The translations under genes were made by a program, and so were the position numbers. The notes under the pieces are model-generated. The model made no database searches, was not told the DNA's origin, and saw only the letters and a list, made by a program, of their open reading frames with translations. From a virus (Duplodnaviria; Caudoviricetes): a stretch of DNA of 64,000 nt. The stretch lies in IMG/VR virus record IMGVR_UViG_3300028888_000067, positions 64,638-128,637 of that record. One strand, given 5' to 3'. This document shows positions 48,231 to 58,660 of the stretch, one piece after another. Every line of letters starts with the position of its first letter. The stretch's first letter is position 1.

Positions 48231-49750
48231 AGAAAATCACATTAGAATTAAACGGGCAGTTCAAGCACAACAACATATCAAAAGATGTGTTCGTCAAGAT
48301 GCTGAGCCGCGTGTTCAACTTTCCAGAAAGCCAGATGCTCCTTGTGTTTGGCGCACCGGGAATCGGGAAGACTCAGATCGTGTATGACTTCATCGAACAG
48401 CAGTTCGGGCAAGTCATAGACCAGGGCGAGTTCAAACGTGAGGGCGGAATCAATTTAGTTGTTCTTAGAACAGAAGACATGGACCGCTCGAGTTTCTCAC
48501 TTCCAGGATACGACCGGCCCACTGAGCAAGACGGGCGGCGCGCAGTCCAGTGCCCGTTCGGCTACATACCCGCATACAAGCCGGTGGGAGACATGCCAAG
48601 CCCGAAAGATCCAGACTATGAGGAGAAATGCAAGGCAAGCGTTGACTGGAACGCAGACAAGAATCTTGGCCGTGGACTTATTTTCCTTGATGAGATAAAC
48701 CGCTGCAACCCTGATGCTGAAGATGTAATCAAGAACATCATCGAACGCAAGTTCTGTGACGGGTGGCACATTGGCTCTGGCTGGGGGATTGTCGCAGCAG
48801 GAAACAGGATGGAAGATGATCCAGAAAGAGTCCATGAGATTGGGCTCGCGTTCTTCAACAGGTTCGGACTCCAGTTCAACTATGTGCCCAAATATTCTGA
48901 ATGGAGAGACTGGGCATTGACTCGTCCGTACATGAACAAAGTGCTGCTTGACTGGATCAAAGACAATCCCGAGCATTTCTACTACAATGTCACTTGTGAC
49001 TCTGAACTTAACCCTGGCGCTGAAGACAAGAAGTTCACCACGCCAAGAACATGGGAGCTTGCTTGCAAGAACCTCAGCATCGCGTCTGCGTTGAAGCACA
49101 TCGGCAGCAAGGACCACCAGTTCCTTGGCGATTTTGACATCACAGAGTTCAGTGATTCTGAACTGAAGCAAGAGCTGTCTCCGCTTGATCCGACTACAGT
49201 CTCGGAATTCATCAAGTTCGTGAAGATGATTAAAGTCGTCGACTTGCAGCGCATAAAGAAAGACGTGTGGGTGTATGGAAAAGAAGCTCCAAAAATCTGC
49301 AACAGGGACGGAAGCTCTACAACAACTGCAGTGGAGAACGCAATCATCAAGATGTGCATTGACGCAAAGACGAACGGGATGCCGAAGAACTCTGACGAGT
49401 TAGAGCGTGACCTTCTAAAATGGATCCCGTCTATTGATGAGGTCAAGTCATTCTTCAACTACCTGACGACATATAGCATGAGCACTGCACAGATGGCACT
49501 GCAGCATTACTTCTATGTGTTCAGAGTGTTCAAACGGGTTTTTTCTGACTACATAAGAATGATTGAATATGGCATTGCTTCGCGGAATGGTGGAGAAAAT
49601 GCACGCAAAGCTGCGTCAATGTCTGAATCATTGGAAAACCGCATCAAAGAACTTGGCTTGTATGACTACTGTGTAGAGTTTGACAAATGCGCTGACATCT
49701 TGCAGAACAAATGGCCAAAGATGCTTGACAACATCGACTGGGAAAAATAA
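48227..49750 (+). CDS. MoxR-like AAA+ ATPase
   Basis: GAPGIGKT, IFLDEINR, VAAGNR, NRF, TPRTWE. Confidence 0.88.
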   Translation: MKKITLELNGQFKHNNISKDVFVKMLSRVFNFPESQMLLVFGAPGIGKTQIVYDFIEQQFGQVIDQGEFKREGGINLVVLRTEDMDRSSFSLPGYDRPTEQDGRRAVQCPFGYIPAYKPVGDMPSPKDPDYEEKCKASVDWNADKNLGRGLIFLDEINRCNPDAEDVIKNIIERKFCDGWHIGSGWGIVAAGNRMEDDPERVHEIGLAFFNRFGLQFNYVPKYSEWRDWALTRPYMNKVLLDWIKDNPEHFYYNVTCDSELNPGAEDKKFTTPRTWELACKNLSIASALKHIGSKDHQFLGDFDITEFSDSELKQELSPLDPTTVSEFIKFVKMIKVVDLQRIKKDVWVYGKEAPKICNRDGSSTTTAVENAIIKMCIDAKTNGMPKNSDELERDLLKWIPSIDEVKSFFNYLTTYSMSTAQMALQHYFYVFRVFKRVFSDYIRMIEYGIASRNGGENARKAASMSESLENRIKELGLYDYCVEFDKCADILQNKWPKMLDNIDWEK

Positions 49751-49808
49751 ATCTTAAAGCTACACGCATTTGAATATTATCTTTATTAAAAATTTAATCT
49801 TCAATAAT

Positions 49809-50486
49809 ATGAACAAGACAGACGTAAAAAACATTAAAAGCTTGCTCAAGTGGCGTGAATTGTCCCGTAAAGTGAGCAAAGGCGCCGACTACGACACGGC
49901 CGGCGAAATCAATTTTGATGTGCTTTCTGAGTACTCAGATGATGAGCTCAATCAGAAAATGCAAGAGTTCGAGGAAGCAGAAAAGAGAAAGGCTGCTGGA
50001 AAGTTCCGCAGTCTCGTTGACGCATTCTTCAAGAAGTGGGGCGGCGAAGGCGACAACATGATAGTGCTGAGCGGCGCATACGTCCCAGAGAGAACGACCT
50101 ATGAAATGGATGATCCTGTGAACGACATCTACTGGGGACGAAGCGATTACAACAAACTGTACCACGCAGTCGGCAGCCAGCAGCCGAGCAACAGCTATTT
50201 TGCTGTCTGCGACCTTCCAGCATCGGAGAGAGCAGAGAGAAAAAAGCTGTGGGAACAGTTCTGGGCAGACATGGAACCGATCCAGAAAGAGGCAAGAAAG
50301 CTCAAGATTCCGACCGCAGAGAAATACTGGGAGGACGACAACGATGCTCTCAATGAATTATGGTATGGCGTAATCGGAGTCATGAAAGACTACCGCATCG
50401 TCTCTTTCGTCATCCGAAACGACGGCATGCTGTGCGACGAGGAAGGATACGAAACATTCCACAACTCGATCCTCATGAGTCTCTAA
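49809..50486 (+). CDS. Hypothetical protein
   Basis: ATG at 49809; looks GC-richer than its flanks. Confidence 0.7.
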   Translation: MNKTDVKNIKSLLKWRELSRKVSKGADYDTAGEINFDVLSEYSDDELNQKMQEFEEAEKRKAAGKFRSLVDAFFKKWGGEGDNMIVLSGAYVPERTTYEMDDPVNDIYWGRSDYNKLYHAVGSQQPSNSYFAVCDLPASERAERKKLWEQFWADMEPIQKEARKLKIPTAEKYWEDDNDALNELWYGVIGVMKDYRIVSFVIRNDGMLCDEEGYETFHNSILMSL

Positions 50487-50507
50487 AACAATTTGCAAAA
50501 ATGCCTG

Positions 50508-50678
50508 ATGAAAAAGCCAAATAAAGTACAACAAATTATAGACAGACTTAAACGAGCAAAGAAAGCTGCTCGTGATGAGGAGATCGCAAATCACAGCAAG
50601 CCGTTATGTCATGCTTGTGTTGTCAAATCAAAGAAAGTCTACACAAGAAAAATAAAACACAAGAATAAAGAAATCTAA
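50508..50678 (+). CDS. Small basic protein (SKKVY.RK motif)
   Basis: K.AAR.EEI...KSKKVYTRK.KHK. Confidence 0.6.
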   Translation: MKKPNKVQQIIDRLKRAKKAARDEEIANHSKPLCHACVVKSKKVYTRKIKHKNKEI

Positions 50679-50691
50679 AAAAATAAATAAA

Positions 50692-50928
50692 ATGAATGCA
50701 GAAAATAAAGAACAAGCAAAAAAATGGATCGAATCCGGAAAGCCATGCATGTATCGTTACGGCTGGAGTTGGAAAGGTGCAGGCGCAAGAACAATTTCTA
50801 AAGAAGAGGCATTGGAACTTCTTCCGAAATATGACTTTGGAAAAGGGTTTTATGAATTGAGTTTCATAACACTTAATGGTATAGAAGTGCTTGAGTTCAA
50901 TGAACGCGGCGAAAATGACATGTGGTAG
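50692..50928 (+). CDS. Hypothetical protein
   Basis: YRYG..WKGA. Confidence 0.7.
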   Translation: MNAENKEQAKKWIESGKPCMYRYGWSWKGAGARTISKEEALELLPKYDFGKGFYELSFITLNGIEVLEFNERGENDMW

Positions 50929-50946
50929 CTTTCAAAAAATAAAATT

Positions 50947-51171
50947 ATGGCTGGAAAGAATTGCTGTTTACATGTTTTGACATCCGCTGAGATGAAACTA
51001 TGGCTTGATAGTGCAGTGAGCGCTATGCAAGGACTTCAAGAAAGCAGTAGCAAACTAATTTCTGAATTGTCAGATAGCTTTGCTGAGATTACAGCGAAAC
51101 GAGCGTTTGACATAGCAGACGCAATGGTTAAAGAATACAGGAAACGCACTTTTCCAAATGAAAGAAAATAA
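50947..51171 (+). CDS. Hypothetical protein
   Basis: A..AMQG...A..AFDIADAM. Confidence 0.7.
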   Translation: MAGKNCCLHVLTSAEMKLWLDSAVSAMQGLQESSSKLISELSDSFAEITAKRAFDIADAMVKEYRKRTFPNERK

Positions 51172-51595
51172 AATTATGACTGAATACAAATGCTACGCAA
51201 CTGAAACCATTTTTCATTGTTACAAAAATGGTGAATGGGTGAACACCTTTGGAATTTGGAACACCGATGACGATTTTGATGTTGTCGAAAAAGAAATTGT
51301 AGATTTTACTAATTGTGATGAGGTTAGATGCATTACAATTGGCCCGTCAAAAGTATATTGGGATCCTGTTGAAGAGACTCCTGATGACTACAAGTTCAAA
51401 TGCAAAGAAGTCACTTACAAAATGCCTGATGGTAGTGAAATGACATGTTTTGAACCGGTTGATGAAATCCTTGACTGGGAAAACTTTGAACCTGATGGCT
51501 ATGGTGAAATTGAAGTTGTTTCATACAACAAAGAAGGCAGTCATGCAGTAGAAATTGATGACCGCATTGACGATGATGAAGATCTCGGCTGGTAA
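51158..51595 (+). CDS. Hypothetical acidic protein
   Basis: 145-aa ORF. Confidence 0.65.
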   Translation: MKENKIMTEYKCYATETIFHCYKNGEWVNTFGIWNTDDDFDVVEKEIVDFTNCDEVRCITIGPSKVYWDPVEETPDDYKFKCKEVTYKMPDGSEMTCFEPVDEILDWENFEPDGYGEIEVVSYNKEGSHAVEIDDRIDDDEDLGW

Positions 51596-51606
51596 ATTCT
51601 AAAAAT

Positions 51607-52173
51607 ATGGAAACAGTATTGCTAAATTCAGACAAAGAATATTTTGACTATTGTGTGTTGAACACGATTGGCGACATTTCGCGACAGTATGCATCTCAAT
51701 ATTCTGATGTTGGACATGAAACCGGCATTGAATGTGACTATTGGCACGAGTCTGATGATTCATGCACCCTGCGTGCAACTAGAAAGCCAAAGACATACCC
51801 GTGCGTTCTTGTGTGGCGATGCTGGGAAGGAGATCATGACTCCTATGACGGGGAATTTGTGTACTTAGAAGATTTATTGCAAACAAAAAATCAAGAAAAT
51901 ATGGAAATTGACAACGTGAACCATCCGTCACATTACACTTGGTTGAAGAATGAATGTGGCATTGAAGTGATTGACATCGTGCGGCACTTAGACTTCTGCC
52001 GTGGGAACGCAATCAAATACATTCTGCGTGCTGGTAGAAAAGAGTCTGCCGGGAAGACATCACTTGAAAAAGAGATTGAGGATCTGAAAAAAGCTCAGTG
52101 GTATATCTCTGACTTGATTTCTCAATTAGAAAAACAGAAAAAAGAAGCACCTAAAGAAGTAGATTTGGCATAG
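51607..52173 (+). CDS. Fusion protein with C-terminal DUF3310 domain
   Basis: DNVNHPSHY, IEVID, FC.GNAIKY..RAG.K, EDLKKA.WY. Confidence 0.8.
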   Translation: METVLLNSDKEYFDYCVLNTIGDISRQYASQYSDVGHETGIECDYWHESDDSCTLRATRKPKTYPCVLVWRCWEGDHDSYDGEFVYLEDLLQTKNQENMEIDNVNHPSHYTWLKNECGIEVIDIVRHLDFCRGNAIKYILRAGRKESAGKTSLEKEIEDLKKAQWYISDLISQLEKQKKEAPKEVDLA

Positions 52174-52174
52174 A

Positions 52175-54271
52175 CTAATATACGTTGCCGATACTTTTTA
52201 TTTCGGCACGGATCTGCTCTTTTGTGTTTTCTGCATAAACGTTCATTTGCTCCATACTTGACTCTTTAGTCTCTCTTATGGGCGTGGACGTTTTTTCATT
52301 TACCATTTTTTCATGCTCTTTCGGGGCGATGAATATTTTCTCTATGGGTATCGGCTTAGAAACACTTTCAATCACGCGGTCATAGACATTCGTCGGTATT
52401 TCTACATCAGGTATAGATTCAGCCTTAGTCACAGAAGTAGATGTGAAGGTGTAGACTGTCCCGAGACTGTCTGGCTGCAGCGCTTCAGGCGGCGCTTCAA
52501 ACACTTTCCCTGGTTCTATGTCTTCATGTGTCGCGTTCGAGGACATGTCAGCATCTTCTCCAAGATATGGGGCAGCAGGAGCAGGTGGGCTGAACGCTTG
52601 CCCGCCTTGCAGGTTTTCGTGTGTGCTGTTTGAAGACATGTCTGCCATACCGCCAGTGAACGGCTCAGCAGGAGCAGGTGGCGTCAATACAGACTCATTG
52701 AAATCTGGCGCAGGTGTTTCTGGCAATGTTCCATACACATTGTCTTCGGCAAGTGCTTCATGTGCATTTGGCGCATCAGTGTATATGTTCTCGTTTACTA
52801 TCTGTTCTGGTTCTTGGACATGCATGTTCGAATACACATTTTCGCCAGAGAACGTGACGGGCTCATGATTTGTCTCGCCGTACACATTCTCATTGCCTAT
52901 TCCAGAGTTCTGCATTTCTACTGGTCTCGGCGCTCTTGCGACCCCTGTCGTTGATGAGTAAGAGACAGGCTCTTCTCTTTCTGCCCAGCCATGCAGTTTT
53001 TCCATCACTTCATTTGTCTTGCTTTTCAGAATGCTCGTGCCCTTGCCGATTGCAGAGTTCAGGATGCTTGACACACCGACATTGTTTATGCTTGACATCA
53101 TTGATGAGAGTATTCCAGCCCAGCTGTCATCATATATGTTGCCCATAGAAGATCCTTGTGTAGCATAGTTGAATATAGACGATCCAATATTTGCCATTAC
53201 GTTAGAGAGATTGAGTGTTCCAAGCTCGTCATTTAGCTGGTGTATGTCAAGCAGGTCATAGTATTTGCGATATGGTTCTGACACTGAAGCTGCATTTTCT
53301 TCTTTTGCTTCAAGTATGTCAGCAATCGAGTTGAGACGAACCTCGACATCATTGTATATGATGTTGAAAGAGAACTTTGTCTGGTTTGCTTCAGCATTGT
53401 TGACTGTCTCGAGCATCGTTCCGATCTCATCAATGTCGAATATGCAGTTCTTGAAAACGAACAGTATAGTAGACAAGTTGTTCACGATACGGTCAGTCAC
53501 GGGCGCTCCGTTTATAGCGCTCAACAGTGTAGAGTTGTCTGCCCTGATGTTCCTCAAGTCATGAACAAGCACCCAGCAGTCAAACATGAGAAGGTTTCTC
53601 GGTACATTCATTCTTCTGTATTTGTGGCTGTACACTGCTCTGAAATAAGAGTCGAACAATGCTGACATTCTAAGGTCAAGTGCTTCAAGACATGTTATCT
53701 TGAGTTTGCTGTCATTCCCGCCGCCGAGATATGAGTCTTTATGCGAGTTGTAGTATTTCTTGTAAGCATCTTGGAGGCCGTCTATAGACTGCATCATGTA
53801 CGGGTGGTTCTTCGTTATCTCTTCAAAGCCATGCACGAACTTCTTCATGTCTTCATACTCTTTAGAAAAAGTGATGTTCATTCCTTTCGTAGCTGGATTC
53901 GGGACGAGATTGCCAGCTGCGTCTTTCATGTACATGCTTGACAGGTCAGCTTGCTCTATGCTGCTGCCTGTCACGTTTGTAGACAGCGCAGTGTTCGGAC
54001 TTATAGCATTCTTCATGTATGTCAATACACTGTAGTTGTTGTCGAAATTCATGTTATATATCATGTTGTTCATCGCAGTCTCCTTGCCGAAAAGTCCAGT
54101 ATGTGACGGGTGAATGCCGAAATTGAACGCGAAGAAACTCGGGTCTTCCATCCCGTTCACAATCTTGTTGCTTGCTTTGAACATGTTGTCGAGCCGGCCG
54201 CCATACAAGAATTTAGCAGTGTCTGTTCTGTAAGTGTTTCTACCGTTGTGACGCTTGTCTGTTATTGCCAT
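52175..54271 (-). CDS. Putative virion structural protein with a Pro/Glu-rich repetitive C-terminus
   Basis: EDP.F..F, I.CLE..DLR...L...Y; (E/G)NVY repeats; TATAAATA at 54310-54317 (-). Confidence 0.6.
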   Translation of the reverse strand: MAITDKRHNGRNTYRTDTAKFLYGGRLDNMFKASNKIVNGMEDPSFFAFNFGIHPSHTGLFGKETAMNNMIYNMNFDNNYSVLTYMKNAISPNTALSTNVTGSSIEQADLSSMYMKDAAGNLVPNPATKGMNITFSKEYEDMKKFVHGFEEITKNHPYMMQSIDGLQDAYKKYYNSHKDSYLGGGNDSKLKITCLEALDLRMSALFDSYFRAVYSHKYRRMNVPRNLLMFDCWVLVHDLRNIRADNSTLLSAINGAPVTDRIVNNLSTILFVFKNCIFDIDEIGTMLETVNNAEANQTKFSFNIIYNDVEVRLNSIADILEAKEENAASVSEPYRKYYDLLDIHQLNDELGTLNLSNVMANIGSSIFNYATQGSSMGNIYDDSWAGILSSMMSSINNVGVSSILNSAIGKGTSILKSKTNEVMEKLHGWAEREEPVSYSSTTGVARAPRPVEMQNSGIGNENVYGETNHEPVTFSGENVYSNMHVQEPEQIVNENIYTDAPNAHEALAEDNVYGTLPETPAPDFNESVLTPPAPAEPFTGGMADMSSNSTHENLQGGQAFSPPAPAAPYLGEDADMSSNATHEDIEPGKVFEAPPEALQPDSLGTVYTFTSTSVTKAESIPDVEIPTNVYDRVIESVSKPIPIEKIFIAPKEHEKMVNEKTSTPIRETKESSMEQMNVYAENTKEQIRAEIKSIGNVY

Positions 54272-54320
54272 AAAAAAAGAAAATGCTTTTATTATTTTAT
54301 ACTATATCTTATTTATAATC

Positions 54321-55163
54321 ATGTATAGAATAATAAAGCATAAGTATGTGTCTGTCATACATGAAGAACTGCATGTGATTGACGACATCATTGCTAAATA
54401 CTATGACACACCGGAATACAGCAACACAGTATTCATATTGAACTATTATTTCAATAGAGCTGATTTGTGCCAGCTTAAAAGCGGGTGTTCCAGAATCATA
54501 TATTACAACCTTGAACATTTAAGTGCAGAATCATATTTCCCACAGTCAAACATCTGGCGCGCACATTTTGTGGAATCACTTGACTTGTATTATGAGATAT
54601 GGGACTTTCTTATAGAGAACAGGAGATATTATCCAGATACAATGAAGCCAAAATGGAAGTTCATGCCGTTGAGGTATGTTGACTTGAGTGGTGACATGCC
54701 AGAAAAGACATATGACTTGTTCTTTGCGGGAGTGATAGACACACCTGTACGAAAAGAGATGGCTGCACGAATGTCATATGTGTATAGAGATAAAAAAGCA
54801 AGCAACATAATAGTAAATGGACTATATGCAGAAAAATGCAGAAAACTAATGAGAATGGCAAAGTTCAGTCTTGACTTTCCACATTACCGTCTGTTTGGCA
54901 ACACGCAAAACGCAGTACGGATTCACGAATCTATATGCAGCAATGTCCAAGTGATAAGTTACACTGACACTGACCGTGTCATAAACTATTTTCCAACTTT
55001 GATTAACATAATAAATCCTGTCAATGGGTTTGACCAAGACAGAACTTTAGAGATAGTGGACAATTATAGCACTAGCGTAAATGTAGCAAAGATTTATTCA
55101 GATCTTACAAGTACTGATAAAGAGTATGAAGCTTACCGGAAAAGATTTCTTGACTATCTGTAG
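54321..55163 (+). CDS. Putative glycosyltransferase-like protein
   Basis: IYYNLE, EIWDF, YDLFF.G....RK, R..E...; GT-B-like pattern. Confidence 0.45.
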   Translation: MYRIIKHKYVSVIHEELHVIDDIIAKYYDTPEYSNTVFILNYYFNRADLCQLKSGCSRIIYYNLEHLSAESYFPQSNIWRAHFVESLDLYYEIWDFLIENRRYYPDTMKPKWKFMPLRYVDLSGDMPEKTYDLFFAGVIDTPVRKEMAARMSYVYRDKKASNIIVNGLYAEKCRKLMRMAKFSLDFPHYRLFGNTQNAVRIHESICSNVQVISYTDTDRVINYFPTLINIINPVNGFDQDRTLEIVDNYSTSVNVAKIYSDLTSTDKEYEAYRKRFLDYL

Positions 55164-55604
55164 TCAGTCAGGATCATCAAACACTTCGACTTTTCCGGTA
55201 TAGATGAAGCATTTCCCGTCAAGTGTGAAGTTAAGCATTATGTGAAAATACTCATTGTCGTATGACACTTCATACGCTAAACTAGTGTCACATACTGACA
55301 TCTCATAGTCATCAATGATGATTATCGCATCATCACTCAATGGGAACTTGTACAATACATATTCCGGGATTTCAGAGTCATCAGTCAAGCATAAAGTGAT
55401 GTCGTTCTCTTCTTGGCTGTAGCACGTCATAGCATACACTGTGCCAAGAAACAATGAATCAGAATACACATTGTAGAAACATTCAAAGCAGTTGGCGTCT
55501 TTTGAGACTGATGAATCGACACCAACTAAAGAAATGGTGTTTTGGGAGAAGACAGATACTACATGAAGTAGCAAAAAAGCAATGCATGAAAAAAGTTTTT
55601 TCAT
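55164..55604 (-). CDS. Secreted/periplasmic protein
   Basis: Sec signal MKKLFS...VFS|Q; TATAAATA at 55648-55655 (-). Confidence 0.7.
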   Translation of the reverse strand: MKKLFSCIAFLLLHVVSVFSQNTISLVGVDSSVSKDANCFECFYNVYSDSLFLGTVYAMTCYSQEENDITLCLTDDSEIPEYVLYKFPLSDDAIIIIDDYEMSVCDTSLAYEVSYDNEYFHIMLNFTLDGKCFIYTGKVEVFDDPD

Positions 55605-55680
55605 TTTGAAAAGTGTTAAAAGTTTTTATTATTTGTTATTTGTGTAATATTTATAAATCTTGAACAAGCGTTGAATTGAA

Positions 55681-56100
55681 ATGAACACAAACAGAGTTAA
55701 TTTTTACAGGCAAGAAGCAGAGCCAAGAAGGTGCGACCACATCAGAGACGTTCTTGAAAGTGCAGGAAACCGCTATCATAAAATCAGAGCGGATATTGAG
55801 ATTCTTGGCAGTGAGTGTGCAGCAATAGTCAAGCATATCAAAAGTTTTCCGGATTGGGAATATTTTATTGATACTTTTGCGGATGAAGATGTGCTGTGTG
55901 CTTTCGGTATGTTCAATAGTGTGATTGTTCATAAGCACGATAATGCTGAATTGGTTTCATTATATTTTATGCCGAACTACGACAGACACGACAAGAACAA
56001 CATATATTTCGGAAACTGCACGTTTGATGACATTGTTAACATTGAGAAGATAATTGAAAACCGCAAGGCTTATTATGCCGAGCAGCAAACACAAAAATAA
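55681..56100 (+). CDS. Hypothetical protein
   Basis: 139-aa ORF. Confidence 0.65.
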   Translation: MNTNRVNFYRQEAEPRRCDHIRDVLESAGNRYHKIRADIEILGSECAAIVKHIKSFPDWEYFIDTFADEDVLCAFGMFNSVIVHKHDNAELVSLYFMPNYDRHDKNNIYFGNCTFDDIVNIEKIIENRKAYYAEQQTQK

Positions 56101-56112
56101 CAAAAATAAAAT

Positions 56113-56793
56113 ATGGGTTACGAAAGATCATTTGTGCCAGCAGAAGAGGCTATAGAAGAATTCAGAAGAAACGTGTCTCACTTATCTGATGCTTGTGACA
56201 ATTTCAAGATAGAGTTGAAGACATACTGCATGCTTGACCATAGTGAAGACAAGATGTCTGATGTGCTGTTCAAGATAAAGTATTATCTCAATGGTATTAG
56301 ATATGACACGAGAAGCGAGTGCTACAGGATAGCGGTAGAACAATACGAAGAACATGGCTCAGTATGGTTCTGCGGCTGGGAACATGCTCACGAAGCGCCT
56401 GACTGTGATTACAATGATGTGTTCAGATACGCAATGGAAAAGCTTGTCATTCTAGCTTGTGTGGTCAAGACTCCAGACTGGTTTGATGAATCAGAAAAAT
56501 TCTATGAGAAACTGAACGAGATAGATTCTGTGATTGAATATTTCTGTGATGAGGTGACCACTGTCATAGACTACGAGATAATGGACAAGCTGAAAGACTA
56601 TGAAGAAAAAGATGAGGCTGATGAAGAAACAGAAGGAGAACTTCACAATTCAGGAGATGCTTTGAAGTCAAGACCATTTCCATTTGTCACCACATATAAC
56701 ATAAAAGTCTGTGAGCCAAGTGATGCCAGCTGGACGACGACTTCATCTGATTTAAACAAAGAACATTGCCAGCCAACTGAATCTAAAGAGTGA
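56113..56793 (+). CDS. Hypothetical protein
   Basis: 226-aa acidic ORF. Confidence 0.7.
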   Translation: MGYERSFVPAEEAIEEFRRNVSHLSDACDNFKIELKTYCMLDHSEDKMSDVLFKIKYYLNGIRYDTRSECYRIAVEQYEEHGSVWFCGWEHAHEAPDCDYNDVFRYAMEKLVILACVVKTPDWFDESEKFYEKLNEIDSVIEYFCDEVTTVIDYEIMDKLKDYEEKDEADEETEGELHNSGDALKSRPFPFVTTYNIKVCEPSDASWTTTSSDLNKEHCQPTESKE

Positions 56794-57218
56794 TGTCTTT
56801 TTCTTCTGGTTCTGCACTTGATGAATGCATCGGCATTAACCGCAACACCATTATGCTGTTTGGAGACATTCCGTTCAACATACCAGCAGATGACTGGAAA
56901 ATCATGCTTGACAGAGTTGTCTGTGCCGGAACACTGAACCAGATAAGACTTTTAAAAGATGCAGGATTTGGGATCAGAGGAGTAACTTATGGCAATGTGA
57001 CATATTTCACTGTGGTGGATTATGTATGTGAAAAAGACATGTATTCCATTTCTATACAATTGACATCAATGAACAATGATGTTAAAGAAATGATTACAGA
57101 AAAAATAAACAACAATGAGTACGAACTTTCTCCTTATGTGATGAACATGCGCAATACTGATGATCCAAATAAAGTCATATGCAAACTTATAAATTATTTT
57201 ATTTTATATTTGGGTTAA
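56790..57218 (+). CDS. Hypothetical protein
   Basis: Overlapping ORF. Confidence 0.65.
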   Translation: MMSFSSGSALDECIGINRNTIMLFGDIPFNIPADDWKIMLDRVVCAGTLNQIRLLKDAGFGIRGVTYGNVTYFTVVDYVCEKDMYSISIQLTSMNNDVKEMITEKINNNEYELSPYVMNMRNTDDPNKVICKLINYFILYLG

Positions 57219-57219
57219 A

Positions 57220-57597
57220 ATGATTGTGTCTATACTCATATTGGCAATTGCTGCAAATTTCATCTATGTGATGACGAATGTTTTCCCGTCTGTGTTCAAG
57301 CCGAAATACAACAAAGCTGCCATAGACATTTACATACACAGCAATTACAAAGTAATTGGAACGGCATCAGACGGCAAGATGAAACTGTGGATATTGAAAG
57401 ACGACACGGAAAACATACTGATGCCTGTGATAACGAAAAACACTCATTCATGGCTTAGCAAATGGGATTTCCATATCTATGACGAGAACAAGCCAAACAC
57501 AGTGATGCTGTTTTCCCCGATAGACCCGATGGCTAGAAAAATAATCAACAAATTGAAACCAGTAATAGAAGAATATGAACGAAAAAATTCTCTATAG
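57220..57597 (+). CDS. Hypothetical protein with N-terminal TM
   Basis: Hydrophobic N-terminus. Confidence 0.65.
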   Translation: MIVSILILAIAANFIYVMTNVFPSVFKPKYNKAAIDIYIHSNYKVIGTASDGKMKLWILKDDTENILMPVITKNTHSWLSKWDFHIYDENKPNTVMLFSPIDPMARKIINKLKPVIEEYERKNSL

Positions 57598-58645
57598 TCT
57601 CAATGATGTGACTATCATACCCAACAAGTTCAATGACATATCCAGCAGATCCCAGTGTCATGTGTATTATTCATCAGGATGTCTTCCGTTGTTTGCTGCA
57701 CCAATGAGCTGTGTGATTGATGAAAACAATTGGGAGACATTCAGCAAACATGGCATCAACGCAGTCGTTCCGAGAAACATCGACTTTGAAGCAAGACTTG
57801 GACTTTCTTCTAAGACATTCGTCGCAATTAGTCTAGCTGAACTGGAAACGATTGTAGAAAAAGGGAAGTCATTGGTTGCTGACGACGTCAAACATTATTT
57901 CTGTGTAGATATCGCTAACGGGCACATGAAAGTATTGTATGACTTGTGCTACAAAGCAAAAGAGATATTTAGTCATAACATATCATTCATGGTAGGAAAC
58001 ATTGCTAATCCTGAAACATACTATTGTATTGTTGAAAATTATCCGGGTGTGATTGACTATGTGAGATGCGGCATTGGCTGTGGATCAGCATGCACTACTT
58101 CTGCGAATGGCGGCGTCCACTATCCAATGGCAAGTCTTCTTGTAGACATATGCAGAGCGAAACTAAAGTCCGTAGACATAGGCTACCCGAAAATCGTAGC
58201 AGATGGCGGGTTCAGCAACTTTGACCAGATTATAAAAGCTTTAGCGCTTGGCGCAGATTTCGTGATGCTTGGAAAAATATTCGCGAAAACTGAAGAAGCT
58301 TGTGGCGAAACTCACATAAAATACACGTGGAGCAACCCGAACGCATTAGTGTATGTCGACAAGCATGAATATTATGGCGACAGAGAATATATCAAGTGCC
58401 GCAAGTATTATGGCATGTCAACAAGAAAAGCACAGCAAGAATTTGGTGGCAGCGGGATGAAGACAGCTGAAGGGATAGAGACGACTGTCGATGTAGAATA
58501 CTCATTGTCGGGATGGGTGGAGAATTTCAAGTCATACCTCAAATCGGCAATGTCATACACGAACTTCAAAGACATACATGATTTTGTCGGCGGGCCTGAA
58601 GTGTGTCTGATGACAGGCTCAGCTTTCCGTTCTTACTTCAAATGA
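57575..58645 (+). CDS. IMP dehydrogenase / GMP reductase family protein
   Basis: AAPM, VDIANGH, GNIA, GIG.GSACTT, ADGG, KALALGADFVMLG, YYGMS, SAMSY. Confidence 0.92.
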   Translation: MNEKILYSLNDVTIIPNKFNDISSRSQCHVYYSSGCLPLFAAPMSCVIDENNWETFSKHGINAVVPRNIDFEARLGLSSKTFVAISLAELETIVEKGKSLVADDVKHYFCVDIANGHMKVLYDLCYKAKEIFSHNISFMVGNIANPETYYCIVENYPGVIDYVRCGIGCGSACTTSANGGVHYPMASLLVDICRAKLKSVDIGYPKIVADGGFSNFDQIIKALALGADFVMLGKIFAKTEEACGETHIKYTWSNPNALVYVDKHEYYGDREYIKCRKYYGMSTRKAQQEFGGSGMKTAEGIETTVDVEYSLSGWVENFKSYLKSAMSYTNFKDIHDFVGGPEVCLMTGSAFRSYFK

Positions 58646-58660
58646 TAAAATGCCAAGTTT

